Of a stretch of 64,000 nt of DNA, positions 30,957-41,880 are shown one piece after another; within the stretch, counting starts at the first letter, position 1, and the number at the start of each line of letters is the position of its first letter. The stretch spans positions 1,105-65,104 of the forward strand of contig CAZRSB010000005.1 of assembly GCA_964602715.1 (NCBI GenBank), read 5' to 3'. The DNA comes from an uncultured Thermoplasmata archaeon (GTDB taxonomy: Archaea; Thermoplasmatota; Thermoplasmata; Halarchaeoplasmatales; Halarchaeoplasmataceae). The notes beneath the pieces were generated by a model, which saw only the letters and a program-made list of their open reading frames with translations, searched no databases and was not told where the DNA came from. Position numbers and translations under genes: made by a program.

Positions 30957-31568
30957 ATGATGTCAACTAAATTCCTCGTTATATCTGATATCCACGGTAA
31001 CGAAAGAAGTTTAAATAAAATTAAAGCTTGTTATCATAAGTATGATCCTGATTTTTCCGTGATCTGTGGAGATATAACTAATTTTGGTCCATTTCAAGAT
31101 GCAGTTAAAATATTGGAAAGAATCCCTACGGATATAATAGGGATAATAGGTAACTGTGATCCAAACAGTGTGATCCAAGCTTATGAAGAAGTGGAAGAAG
31201 AATATATTGAATTAAAACTGACGGAAAAAGAGGGATTAGATTTCATTGGATTATCTGGTTCCTCATATTCTGATGACAAACTCAAAACCTTTGAAAAGAG
31301 AGCGGGATCCGCTGATGTGTTTGTCTTACATCAACCTCCTTACAATACATTAGATAAAACTTCAAAAGGAAAACACATAGGAGATAAATATCTAAGAACT
31401 ATCATTCAGAATAAGGAACCAAAATTGGTTCTTTCCGGTCATGTACATGAGAGTAGAGGGATTGTAGAAAAAGAGGAGACTATGTTTATGAATCCGGGAC
31501 CTGCAATGGAAGATAAACTAGGTTTGGTAAAAATAAAACAGAATAAGTTAATACCTAAATTAATTTAG
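30957..31568 (+). CDS. metallophosphoesterase
   Basis: SDIHGN, GD, GNCD, HQPP, GHVHE, NPG. Confidence 0.85.
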   Translation: MMSTKFLVISDIHGNERSLNKIKACYHKYDPDFSVICGDITNFGPFQDAVKILERIPTDIIGIIGNCDPNSVIQAYEEVEEEYIELKLTEKEGLDFIGLSGSSYSDDKLKTFEKRAGSADVFVLHQPPYNTLDKTSKGKHIGDKYLRTIIQNKEPKLVLSGHVHESRGIVEKEETMFMNPGPAMEDKLGLVKIKQNKLIPKLI

Positions 31569-32289
31569 TATCTATTTAAAATATGTTTTTTCATTATAAG
31601 AGAAAAACTCTTATTAATGTTTTAACTAATTTAATAAAATATAAACAATTACTGTTTAATGGTTTTCATATTAGCTAAATAATGGTTATTCGGTTTTTTT
31701 CCAAACCATCTTTAAAGGAAAAACATTATTTTTTATTGTTTTGCGTTATAGCCTAACAAATATTCATAATAAGTTAATAATGGTCTTGCATTATATTTGA
31801 TTAACCAATAACTTCTCTAAAAGGAAGATTATAACTGTGTCGTAATAAATAATATGATTTACGACATCTTACTTATTTATATATAAAGCTTACGTCGTAT
31901 TAGTTATGTTTTCCGACATCCTTCTTTTTCTATATTTAAGTGTTTCGTCATTTGTTCCGATCTAAAGGTAAGAAGCCGGAAGTTTACCTTTTTTCCTCCT
32001 TAGAGGGTACATTCCGCGTCTAAAAAATACTAAAGTATCGACTTTTTGGATTTTCCCTTAGTTTTTCTAATTTTTTGCACAATCATAAATGATACAGTTG
32101 CTTAATTAGTTTAAGTTTAAACAAAATTAACTAAAATTTTAATACTATATGTAAAATATGGTTTTCTGATATTTTCGAATAACCATGATTTTAAAATTTA
32201 TTTTATAGGTTTAGTATTTGCATGAACATCTTTATTAATTTAGACTTGATGCAAAAACAATTATGGGTTTTTTCAAATGAAAATCAACT

Positions 32290-32425
32290 TCCATTTTTCA
32301 CCTAATATTACCAATCTAGTTTCTTCTTCATCGCAAGTTCGCCCTAATAATTTCCATATACTTCCATCGAGGAGAAGGCCGTCTTTTTCTAACATTTCTT
32401 TTAATTCTTTAGCAGTATATATCTA
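32290..32425 (-). pseudogene. possible frameshifted C-terminal remnant of a class I SAM methyltransferase
   Basis: Fragments IYTAKELKEMLEK / AFSSMEVYGNY*GE / DEEETRLVILGEK in alternating frames, next to the tRNA-Gln 3' end. Confidence 0.4.
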
Positions 32426-32435
32426 ATGAAACAGA

Positions 32436-32508
32436 TAGCCCGGGGCGGATTCGAACCGCCGTCACAGGCTCCAAAGGCCCATATGATTGACCGCTACACC
32501 ACCGGGCT
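32436..32508 (-). tRNA. tRNA-Gln(TTG)
   Basis: Reverse complement AGCCCGG...TGGGC-CTTTGGA-GCCTG...GTTCGAATCC...CCGGGCTA. Confidence 0.95.
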
Positions 32509-32615
32509 ATTGCGTATCAAGAGTGCGGTGGTAACTAGGAATTTCTAATTCCTAAGCACCACCGGGTTATAGGGTATTAGCACTTTAGAGAAAAAGAAAA
32601 AATATATAATTGTTT

Positions 32616-34370
32616 TCACCAAAAGGTCGAGAAAATCAATAGAGTGAGGATCAATTGAAAACTAAAACTGATTATGATAGCATATGGTAAAGTTTTCAAC
32701 ATAGTCTCTGCTATAGCATTCATCCTTTCTGTATTTATTGTACCCATCAGCTCTATATCTTTGATAGTATCAGTTTCAGCAGCTACTTCAACTGGTTCAA
32801 GATCTTTTTTAGCCTCTTCGATGAGTTTCCTCAGATCTTTAACTAATTTATGATCAGATACATCCTCACCCAGCGGGTAATGACTGCGAAACAAAGTATT
32901 TACCTCATGGGTATCAGAGGTGTGAACTTCAGCTACATCAACTAAATCATCTATACCTTCAATTATCTTTCCTCTGAAGCCGGGAGCCATATTATTTCCA
33001 TCGATTAGTATCTGACAGTTTAACTGATCTTCAACCTCTAAGAGGGCAACTTTAACACCTTCATCAGCAATACCACTATTTTTATATTCTTTTTTGGTAG
33101 AAATACCTAATCTTAGATCGTGTTTATCTAAGGTCTTGATATCTTTCAGAACTTTAAATGATTTTTTAATTATTCTTCGAGCCTTTTTACTGGGATAGAA
33201 AACGTTACTGACTCTTCTAGTACCACAATTATGAGAATCTATCACACCTATGTTTTTGATACCGAGAGATTCGCCTTTAAGAGAAATAATCTTATCTACA
33301 GAAGCATGAATATCTTCTGCAGGTTCTGGGTAGAAAGATAAACTAGTTAGCACATTGTCTCCAAAACATTGAGCACCCACTATACCTCCTTCATTTTTTT
33401 GGATATATTTACTAGCTTTTTTGTGATATTTAAGATCATCAAAATCCTTTTTTATAGAATTAACCAATATTTCACAATCTTTTTCTCTCACAGGATTGAT
33501 GGAATGATTTGAAGGCGAGTGAAAAGTAAACACATAAGGATATTCTTTTATATTTTTAGATAATATTTCTGGTAATCGAGATCCTCCAACCCCTTTTAAT
33601 GGTCCGGGATGGAAACCAGGGAGAACAAATAGAGCCTTATCTTGTTTATCCTTTTTCTTTCTAAATGAAAAAAATTTGTATTCTATGTCACCTTCGATTG
33701 AATTATTACTAAAGAACTCCTCTAATTCTTTTCTACCCTCTAGGTCCCCATTAACCGATTTTATGATCATATTGCCAACTTTCATCGTGGGAGTTCCTAA
33801 ATCTTTTTCGAAAGGTCTATTGATATATTTTATCAATATAAGCACTATTATTGATCCAATAAATATCGTTATCAAATAAGCCGAGATGTTTCTAATATTT
33901 AAATCGTAAAATATCTGAAAAAACGGTATAGGTAACAAAGATTGAAGGATACTTGGCATATATGATTTTTTAGGATCATGTTGAAAATTCCCAGTATTGC
34001 TTAAAAATCTGAAGGAAATAGGAAATGCTATCGCCAACATGATCGCCTGATCTATCGGTATGTTCAATATCACTACTAACATAAAAGTGATAACCGTTGA
34101 GGTCAGAGAAATCAATGCTATTATTCCGGACTGTCTGTAATTCATACCGCAATTAAATAATTTGAAAAAGGGTAAAATGAAAACAGAAAGAATCGTTGGA
34201 ATTAGAAATACGCTAACAGCGGCGATAATTGATCCAACTTCAATAGTTGGGAAAAAAAATACAGATATTAGGGTAAGTGTTACCATACCTATAATTTGAA
34301 CTGATAACTTGGGTAATCTAAAAAACAATGATCGAACTTCTCTTTCTGATAACATTAATTTGTTTTCCAT
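32616..34370 (-). CDS. DUF2070-family membrane protein
   Basis: N-terminal multi-TM region; HPGP...GGS, DSHN, DGNN, TSDTH motifs. Confidence 0.75.
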   Translation of the reverse strand: MENKLMLSEREVRSLFFRLPKLSVQIIGMVTLTLISVFFFPTIEVGSIIAAVSVFLIPTILSVFILPFFKLFNCGMNYRQSGIIALISLTSTVITFMLVVILNIPIDQAIMLAIAFPISFRFLSNTGNFQHDPKKSYMPSILQSLLPIPFFQIFYDLNIRNISAYLITIFIGSIIVLILIKYINRPFEKDLGTPTMKVGNMIIKSVNGDLEGRKELEEFFSNNSIEGDIEYKFFSFRKKKDKQDKALFVLPGFHPGPLKGVGGSRLPEILSKNIKEYPYVFTFHSPSNHSINPVREKDCEILVNSIKKDFDDLKYHKKASKYIQKNEGGIVGAQCFGDNVLTSLSFYPEPAEDIHASVDKIISLKGESLGIKNIGVIDSHNCGTRRVSNVFYPSKKARRIIKKSFKVLKDIKTLDKHDLRLGISTKKEYKNSGIADEGVKVALLEVEDQLNCQILIDGNNMAPGFRGKIIEGIDDLVDVAEVHTSDTHEVNTLFRSHYPLGEDVSDHKLVKDLRKLIEEAKKDLEPVEVAAETDTIKDIELMGTINTERMNAIAETMLKTLPYAIIISFSFQLILTLLIFSTFW

Positions 34371-34372
34371 AT

Positions 34373-35113
34373 CTAATCTTCTTTTATAGCTTCAATAAGA
34401 TCTTTAATCCTACTGCTCAAGTTAGAGGACTCTTCTAATACGGTCCCAGTAACTATGATATCGGCTCCGGCTTCTACTCTAGCACGCGCTTGCTCTGCAT
34501 ACCGAATACCTCCTCCAACTACTAAAGGTATGTCTAGATTTTCTTTACAGGTCTTGATCATTTCTAGCGGGACTGGATCGGAGGCTCCCGAGCCCGCTTC
34601 TAAATAAAATAGCTCCATTCCAAGATATTGTGCAGCCAGCCCAAAATTCAATGCAACTTCTGGCTCATCTCTTGGAATAAGATCAGCTTGACCAACTTCA
34701 CCTACAGTCATTCCTGGTTCTACTACTACATATCCCATCGGAATTGGCTCGATACCCATTTTTTTTATAAAAGGGGCACCAGCTACTTGTTCTCCAATCA
34801 CTCTATTTAAATCTCTTGAGTTCAACATACTCATGAAATAGATAGCATCTACATGAGGTGAGATGGCACCAGCTTCCGTTGGAAAATGAATTACTGGTAA
34901 TTTTATTTTCTTTTTAATTGCCTTTACAGTTTTTGATAAATTTTCTTGAGTTATTCCGGTAGAACCTCCGACCATTATAGCGTCTGTTCCTGTATTTTCA
35001 AGAGCCTTTGCTATTTTCGCAGCGGTTTTAGGGCTCTGCTCATCGGGATCTATTAGACCCATGTGTAATGTTTCAGTATCCATCATATTTAGTAAACTTT
35101 CTAATACCTTCAT
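34373..35113 (-). CDS. geranylgeranylglyceryl phosphate synthase
   Basis: LIDPD, IMVGGST, YLEAGSGA, VGGGIR, IVTGT. Confidence 0.92.
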   Translation of the reverse strand: MKVLESLLNMMDTETLHMGLIDPDEQSPKTAAKIAKALENTGTDAIMVGGSTGITQENLSKTVKAIKKKIKLPVIHFPTEAGAISPHVDAIYFMSMLNSRDLNRVIGEQVAGAPFIKKMGIEPIPMGYVVVEPGMTVGEVGQADLIPRDEPEVALNFGLAAQYLGMELFYLEAGSGASDPVPLEMIKTCKENLDIPLVVGGGIRYAEQARARVEAGADIIVTGTVLEESSNLSSRIKDLIEAIKED

Positions 35114-35931
35114 GTTAAACCTCCAATTAGGAAAGCAATGAGCGCTACAACCATCGCCACCTTTATGAATTTTTGTGATTTAGCTGGTGATTTAAGTAAT
35201 AAAAGGGAGTATATAAATATTCCATTTGCTAAGAGGACTACGATCAAATAATAAATAGAGAAAAGTCCTAAAATGAAAGGAATTGGCGAAAAAATCACAC
35301 CTAAGACAATAAATGAAACTGCGGTATATTCTGCTTTTTTTGGTCCTACTATCATAGGAAAAGTTTTTCTGTCTAGGTCTCCTTCTAGATCCTGTATGTC
35401 TTTGATTATTTCTCTTCCTCCAGTAGCGAAAAAAGCTAGCAATCCAAGTAAGGCTGGAAGTTCTAATTCACCATAAATCGAACCACCAAATAAAAAGACC
35501 ATGCCTGTCAAGAGAGATATGATAAGATTCCCTACTAATCCCTGTTTTTTGAATTTGACTTCATACATGATCATTAATATTACAGCCAAGATAACGATAA
35601 TTTGAGGTAGCCATGGGTCTAATAAAAAAGACAAAATCAACCCTATTGCGAATAGAATTCCAGAAAAAACAATGGTTTTCTCAGGAGTTATATCTCCTGA
35701 AGGTATCGGTCTCTCAGGATGATTTATTTCATCAGTTTCCCTGTCCATATAATCATTAAGGCTGTTTCCTGCTGCAGTATAAAAGAAAACTATGCTCATG
35801 CCGAGCACTGTGATATAAAGAATATCCTGCTCTAGAAATCCTAGTCCAAACAGAGTTATCATTACAATAGGGATGCTGAAAGAAGATATCAAACAATTTA
35901 CTGGTCTAATCAGTTTTAATAAGGGTCTCAT
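35110..35931 (-). CDS. digeranylgeranylglyceryl phosphate synthase (UbiA family)
   Basis: LIRPVN, NDYMDRETDEINHPERPIPSG, REIIKDIQDLEGD; adjacent to GGGP synthase. Confidence 0.9.
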   Translation of the reverse strand: MRPLLKLIRPVNCLISSFSIPIVMITLFGLGFLEQDILYITVLGMSIVFFYTAAGNSLNDYMDRETDEINHPERPIPSGDITPEKTIVFSGILFAIGLILSFLLDPWLPQIIVILAVILMIMYEVKFKKQGLVGNLIISLLTGMVFLFGGSIYGELELPALLGLLAFFATGGREIIKDIQDLEGDLDRKTFPMIVGPKKAEYTAVSFIVLGVIFSPIPFILGLFSIYYLIVVLLANGIFIYSLLLLKSPAKSQKFIKVAMVVALIAFLIGGLT

Positions 35932-36042
35932 TTATGACTCAATTTATGAAAGTCAGAGTTACTTTTATATCTTTGGTGAATCTGAAACTCTAAATCAACA
36001 GTAAGACTTTAATACATGATATAATTTTGGTTATTGCGAATT

Positions 36043-36115
<73 letters not shown>

Positions 36116-36316
36116 CTCTTCTTTTTAAATATAGAGTTCAGTTCCCTATCGAATTTTCCGGTACTATACGAACCGTCTCATGTAAAAAATAATTTAAACT
36201 AAATCCTCAATCAATAAAACACAATTCCATTCCAAAAAAACCAAGCCTCTCTACGAACCCCGATTCAAAAAGTTTAAACAGTAAGACAAAACCTGATTTT
36301 ATCCACCTCTAGGTGC

Positions 36317-37078
36317 GTGAAAATGTTATTCGACGAAACAGTAGTCGAATCAATCGCTGGATCGATGCCAGTTTGGGCCGCCGTCCTAATGGTCTTCATC
36401 TCATACCTTGGAAGCATATACCTTATTCTTCCCTCAACCATAATAGTTTATTTTCGAAAAACTAGCTGGCAAACCGGTACTTGGTTGGGGGCTATACTAG
36501 GAGGCTATGGAACATTTACCGCAATCAAACCCTTCTTTGAAATCCCTAGACCTATAGCAAAAAACGTTTCGACACCGCTTGCTGGTCTAGCCCTTCCATT
36601 GGGTTTCGAACAGTTGCACCGATTCGCTGTCGAGCTCACCACTCCAAGCTTTCCCAGTGGTCACGCCACAGCCATGACCGTATTTTTGGGCCTATTCGTT
36701 ACTGACCTTGACATCGGAACCTTCCGTCGGAGATTAACCCTCGCGATAATTTGGATAGGATCGGTCGGTTTTTCTCGAGTCGCGCTCGGTACCCATTACA
36801 TCGGCGACATTCTTGGAGGTATTCTAATAGGGATTGTTTTTCTTTGGCTCGTTTTCAAACTCCGGAAAAAGATCGCAATTGAAAAATGGTGGGTTTTAGA
36901 TCCAGGAGAAGGGATCCTGCTTTTAGCCATTATGCCTGCACTAGCTACCATCGTCGGAGGACGGATAATCGACGGCATCGTTTTGCTCATGGGCATAACT
37001 ATCACATTTATTGCGCATCGAAGTCTTGACATACGTAACCTCGATTTTCAAGAATTGAAAAACAAAATAGGGCGATAG
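36317..37078 (+). CDS. PAP2-family membrane phosphatase
   Basis: K......RP, FPSGHA, SRVALGTHY..D; hydrophobic; higher GC than its neighbours. Confidence 0.88.
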   Translation: MKMLFDETVVESIAGSMPVWAAVLMVFISYLGSIYLILPSTIIVYFRKTSWQTGTWLGAILGGYGTFTAIKPFFEIPRPIAKNVSTPLAGLALPLGFEQLHRFAVELTTPSFPSGHATAMTVFLGLFVTDLDIGTFRRRLTLAIIWIGSVGFSRVALGTHYIGDILGGILIGIVFLWLVFKLRKKIAIEKWWVLDPGEGILLLAIMPALATIVGGRIIDGIVLLMGITITFIAHRSLDIRNLDFQELKNKIGR

Positions 37079-37467
37079 ACTGATTCTCACCATGTGCTCT
37101 AGTTTCAAAATTTTTTAAAATTTTAATTATGAGCCTGTCTGAGAAGTAGTGATTTATAAAGACTGATTATATACGATGTTGTTCCTGTTTATTTCCGGTA
37201 ACTTGTGTTTTGGATTACAAATGTCTTCAATTTGATTATCATCTATAGGTGATCTAGTTATTATGTGCGGGAGATGATGATCGGATGGAGTGAGATGATC
37301 GTGATCAGTGTTATAAATCTTTTATTGAATGAGTCCATTCTCAACTGGGCGGCTCGCCTCTGCACAGCGCTCTTCTCATTATTTATTAAATCGTTAAGAT
37401 ATGTTCTTTTAGTCTTCTATTTGCTGGGAAAAGATGAAATGTATGCTTAACAATAGTAATTACTAAA

Positions 37468-38004
37468 ATGTCTTCCCTGATACCAATATATTCACTAGGA
37501 CATTCAGACTACAGATCTGATACGTTTATGGACCTACTCATAAAGAAAGAAATAGAGGTTTTGATCGACATAAGAAGATATCCAAATTCTGATATATACA
37601 CTTATTTTAGTAAGGATGATCTGAAAAACGATCTGAAATTAGCTGATATAAAATACGTTTGGAAAGGGGAAGAACTAGGCGGATACAGGGAAGAAATGAT
37701 GGAAGAAGATCCTTTAAATGATGCATGGGATTATTCGGGATACAGAGCCTATGCGGGTCATGCTTTTTCTACAGAATTTCAAGACTCTTTAGAAACCTTG
37801 CTCGATCTATCGGATAAAAAACAAATAGCGATAATGTGCGCAGAAACAAATTACAAGAAATGTTATAGGAGGATACTTTGTGATTGGTTACTAGCCAAAG
37901 AAAAAAAGGTTATCCATATTATGGAAAATAAGGAGATAGAGCATGAATTTACCGATTTCGCTATCATCCATGACGACAAAGTTGTTTATCCTAAAAAATT
38001 TTAG
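37468..38004 (+). CDS. DUF488 family protein
   Basis: IYSLGHS, LIDIRRYP, LGG.R, IMCAE...C.R. Confidence 0.82.
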   Translation: MSSLIPIYSLGHSDYRSDTFMDLLIKKEIEVLIDIRRYPNSDIYTYFSKDDLKNDLKLADIKYVWKGEELGGYREEMMEEDPLNDAWDYSGYRAYAGHAFSTEFQDSLETLLDLSDKKQIAIMCAETNYKKCYRRILCDWLLAKEKKVIHIMENKEIEHEFTDFAIIHDDKVVYPKKF

Positions 38005-38777
38005 GACATCAATTTTTTTCTTTTTTCATCGATACGATCAGCAAGATCGGAGGATAAATTTTCCAAGATAGCTTCACCGGCTTTTTTTGAAGCCTTTCTT
38101 GGATCTCCAAGGACGCCATTATCTGTATAATGCTTAAGCCCTTCTGTAAACAAGGAAGTCTCATCTAAACTTCCTTCATAGCCCTTCTGTAATCTTTCTT
38201 CATCAACATATCCCTCATTTATAGCCAACAAAACTGAAGTTTCTGTAGCACCAGCATGAATTGCTTTTTCATCATATTCTATACCTGATTCTTTCAATGA
38301 TTCTTGCATCACTTCTGTATTTCTATCTAGATCGGAAACAAGTAAGATCTTTGCTTCATTTAATTTTTTAGATATTTTTGGAGCAATAGCATCTGTAGGG
38401 GCAAAATTCCCCCCGTGAAAAGGGGCGAGAGCGATGAAGTCAACTCCATGTTTCTCTAAGGAGAGACAATATTCTTCCAAAATTCCCATAAAAAGCTCAG
38501 ATGAAAATGAAATTGTGCCTGGAAAATCCATATGATGGTTTGAAACACCTGGTCTGATGGTAGGAGCGACCAAAACATATTCAAGCTTTTGAGCTATCCT
38601 TTTACCTAACTCATCAGAGATTATTGTATCGGTATTAAGAGGCATGTGAGGACCGTGCTGTTCAAAAGATCCCATCATTATCAGAGCTGTATCTTTCCCT
38701 TTTTCTATGGCCTCTTCTACTTCCTTCCAACTCATCATTTTCATCTCAAGTCCACTCTTACGATTCATGATACCCAT
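38001..38777 (-). CDS. creatininase family amidohydrolase
   Basis: GSFEQHGPHMPL.TD, HHMDFPGT, HGGN, HAG..ETS, GVLGDP. Confidence 0.87.
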   Translation of the reverse strand: MGIMNRKSGLEMKMMSWKEVEEAIEKGKDTALIMMGSFEQHGPHMPLNTDTIISDELGKRIAQKLEYVLVAPTIRPGVSNHHMDFPGTISFSSELFMGILEEYCLSLEKHGVDFIALAPFHGGNFAPTDAIAPKISKKLNEAKILLVSDLDRNTEVMQESLKESGIEYDEKAIHAGATETSVLLAINEGYVDEERLQKGYEGSLDETSLFTEGLKHYTDNGVLGDPRKASKKAGEAILENLSSDLADRIDEKRKKLMS

Positions 38778-38799
38778 ATAAGATAAGCAATGAAAAAGT

Positions 38800-39225
38800 C
38801 TATTGAATATCCTCTTTGCTTACATTTTCTTCTTTTTTCTTCAGATGTTCCCGAAATTTGAGATCTTCATATCGAAGATGCTCCATAAACCAATCAATAA
38901 TATATTTGTTTATTTTTTCGGCCATATCATCCTTATAGCCCTCTTTCTTTACTCTTTTTATCATGTTATCTGTAAAAAGTTTGAACTGTTCATGTTCATC
39001 CTTTTGGTATTCTAACAGTGGGAAATTATATTTTGACATATGCTTTTCTTCAGTTTTGAAGTGGTTTTCACTGTAAGAACTGATAAAATCCATTGTTTCT
39101 TCTAAATATTCTTCATCAATCGTCTCTTCCTCTGAAAGAATTTTGGATAGTTCATTCATCTTTTCAATAAGTTTTTTATGCTGCTCATCTATCTCATCGA
39201 TACCTACTTGAGTTTTGAACTCCAA
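38800..39225 (-). CDS. single-domain bacteriohemerythrin
   Basis: IDEQHKKL, HFKTEE, EH, W...H...ED; one usual His position reads Q (YQKDEH). Confidence 0.85.
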   Translation of the reverse strand: MEFKTQVGIDEIDEQHKKLIEKMNELSKILSEEETIDEEYLEETMDFISSYSENHFKTEEKHMSKYNFPLLEYQKDEHEQFKLFTDNMIKRVKKEGYKDDMAEKINKYIIDWFMEHLRYEDLKFREHLKKKEENVSKEDIQ

Positions 39226-39320
39226 CTATAAGGCGAATCAACTATAGGCATTTTTTAACCTCTCTCAACATGATTTAGAAAGAAATACATAAATATTCCT
39301 AATAAATATGAATTTTTGAA

Positions 39321-40490
39321 TCACTCTAGATCGATGATACTTAGTGGAACTAACATTTCGTCTTCAGACAAGCCACCGTGATTTCCTATCATCACATGTT
39401 CGTCTTCATATTCTAGAGCATCATTGAATATGTAGTTCTCATCCATTATCAGGACATAATCTCCTATCCTCTCTAAAAATTTTGGCTCTGGATCATGTAT
39501 TCCAAAATAACCTTTTTTGACAAGATCTTTGCTTTCTTTAAGGTCACTAACATCACTGAAATGATCTTCCCAATAATTCACAAAATTATCAGTTTTAGAC
39601 GGACGAACATAGCAGAATATAGTTCTATTATCTCCACAAAAAGGAACTGTTAAACACTTTTTAAATTCAGGATGATTTTCTAATTGAAAAGCCTTCCTTT
39701 CAGAACTGTTGACAAAACCATGGTCTGAGGTGATCAAAATAGAAGTATCGGTATCTTTGATTTGTTCTATGAATTCGCCCAATTTAATACAAATTTTGAG
39801 AAATTCATTTGAGGCTGAGGTGCTATTAGTTCCATCGTCATGAGATACTCTATCAAATGCATTCCAGTAAGCTTTAATATATTTCTTTTCATCATTGATC
39901 CCTATTATTTTCACTATTTTTTGAAAACAATCCTCTAGAGTCCTATACCCTATTTTTTTATAAGCAGGAGTAAAATGGGAATTGAACTCCGAATCTTTTA
40001 ATTTTTGAAGAGTTACGTTGTAAAACTGCCTATCTGTTTCTCTACTTTCTAAAAGTGATCTAGAAGGTAATACTGAAGAGATATTGATATCGAACTTTTC
40101 AAATGATATATCTGCGAATCTACCTTTAAATGGGAGTATAGTAGTTACCATACCAAATTCTTTCAACCAAGTATACCAACCTGTAACTGTGTGTTGTTGA
40201 GGAGGGTAACCAGTATAAAATGTGGGAATAGCAGAGGCTGTTGAAGAAGGGAAAACAGTTTTGAGTTTAGAAAGAAGGTTTTCATAGATAACATTATCTT
40301 TCCCTTTTTCTTTAAGGTATTTGTAACCAATCCCATCTAATATGAGAAGTATTATATTTTTTGATGATTTTAAGTTATTATGATCGATATGTGAAAGAGA
40401 AGGGTAAGAGGGTTCTAAATCAAAGGTTTTAACCAACGAACTCATCAAGTTAACAATGCTATTTTTTTTATATGTTGGTTTTATCTTCAT
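39321..40490 (-). CDS. alkaline phosphatase superfamily / nucleotide pyrophosphatase
   Basis: ILDGIG, VFPSST, D..SH, TSDHG, HGG.S..EM.VP. Confidence 0.83.
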   Translation of the reverse strand: MKIKPTYKKNSIVNLMSSLVKTFDLEPSYPSLSHIDHNNLKSSKNIILLILDGIGYKYLKEKGKDNVIYENLLSKLKTVFPSSTASAIPTFYTGYPPQQHTVTGWYTWLKEFGMVTTILPFKGRFADISFEKFDINISSVLPSRSLLESRETDRQFYNVTLQKLKDSEFNSHFTPAYKKIGYRTLEDCFQKIVKIIGINDEKKYIKAYWNAFDRVSHDDGTNSTSASNEFLKICIKLGEFIEQIKDTDTSILITSDHGFVNSSERKAFQLENHPEFKKCLTVPFCGDNRTIFCYVRPSKTDNFVNYWEDHFSDVSDLKESKDLVKKGYFGIHDPEPKFLERIGDYVLIMDENYIFNDALEYEDEHVMIGNHGGLSEDEMLVPLSIIDLE

Positions 40491-41578
40491 GATTTTTGCA
40501 CAGTTTCAAGATATTTATTCAATTCTTTTTCAACCACTTCAACACCTAGTCCAGGAGTTTTTTTAGTCGTTAGCTCCCCGTCAATAAATTTTAGACCTTT
40601 AGATAGTTCACCTGGAATCAAAAAATGCCCGTCCAAATCAGCATATTTTACATTATCGCTTGTATTGTACAGGTGAACTGCAGCGCCTAATGAAGATTCC
40701 ATCTCCAACATGCACCCGACCATCGCATCAACTCCATAATCCTCGATGACTTCTATTATTTTTCTTCCACCAGTGATACCCCCACATTTCATCAATTTTA
40801 TATTCACCATGTCTGCAATTTCTTCAGAACATATCTTTTCTGCGTTTTCATGGTCTTTCATAGCTTCATCTGCAACGATCGGAAGTTCAGTGGATTCAGT
40901 CACTTCTTTCAGACCTTCTAAATCTTTTTCGGCTACCGGTTGTTCTACAAATTCGATATCGTATTTTCTAATCTTCTCACAAAAGGTTTTTGACTCATCT
41001 ACAGAATAACCCTGATTTGCATCCACCCAAATCTTTATGTCTTCTCCTACAGTTTTTCTCACAGCTCCTATTCTTTCTATATCCTTCTCCATTTCTAGTC
41101 CTACTTTTATTTTTAGCGCTTTAAAACCTTGATCGATGTAGTCTTCTGCGTGATCGATCGTTTCTTTTTTATCCATGATACCGATAGTTCTGTCAGTTAT
41201 TACTCCACTTTCCTTACCATCATATAATTGAAAGACACTATTTCCTGTTAACTTTCCTTTCAGATCATGTAAAGCTATATCTAATCCTGCTAAAGCAGAA
41301 GGGTCCTTCGGATTTGTTTTTTTGAAATCCTTCCAAATGTTTTTGATATCAATGTCCTTTCCTATCAATTTATCCTTATAATTCAGCAAACAATCCATCA
41401 TAGATCCATTTGTTTCATCTGTAACTCCATTAGCAGCGCCGTTTCCCCAACCTATTTTTCCGTCACATTCAACTTTGACAACTACATTTTCAGTTTTAAG
41501 TGAAGTTCCAGTTGCTATCTTAAAGGGTTCTGTGTTTTCTATTTCCAAGGGAAATAATTCAATATTTTCAATTTTCAT
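40487..41578 (-). CDS. dipeptide epimerase (enolase superfamily, L-Ala-D/L-Glu epimerase-like)
   Basis: KIKVG, DANQG, EQP, ADE, NIKLMKCGG, DLD. Confidence 0.85.
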   Translation of the reverse strand: MKIENIELFPLEIENTEPFKIATGTSLKTENVVVKVECDGKIGWGNGAANGVTDETNGSMMDCLLNYKDKLIGKDIDIKNIWKDFKKTNPKDPSALAGLDIALHDLKGKLTGNSVFQLYDGKESGVITDRTIGIMDKKETIDHAEDYIDQGFKALKIKVGLEMEKDIERIGAVRKTVGEDIKIWVDANQGYSVDESKTFCEKIRKYDIEFVEQPVAEKDLEGLKEVTESTELPIVADEAMKDHENAEKICSEEIADMVNIKLMKCGGITGGRKIIEVIEDYGVDAMVGCMLEMESSLGAAVHLYNTSDNVKYADLDGHFLIPGELSKGLKFIDGELTTKKTPGLGVEVVEKELNKYLETVQKS

Positions 41579-41880
41579 ATAACTCCGCCTCTTTTAGAAG
41601 AATTAAAAATACAGTAATTAAACTTTTGTTTTGAAGTTAGGATCAAAACATCGTTTCATGTTTCAGATTAGTAGAAAACCTCGATTATCCAGTACATCAC
41701 TACCATGAGCATAAATAATCACTCTATTGTAATGTAAGCATAGACATAAGTATTTTTTACAGATTTTCTAGTAACCCAGCTAGACTCAAAAAAATCCCTA
41801 TACATGGAGAGATAATTGACTTTATAGTTTATCATGTTTCAAAAATCTTATAATGTTTGAAATACTTTATAGGAGCAGAG

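Noticed and set aside
31830..31960. CRISPR array
   Set aside because: The repeats are short, degenerate and irregularly spaced; no constant repeat-spacer period and no cas genes.
37265..37450. 61-aa ORF
   Set aside because: No RBS or recognisable motif, and it lies in a probable mobile-element remnant region.
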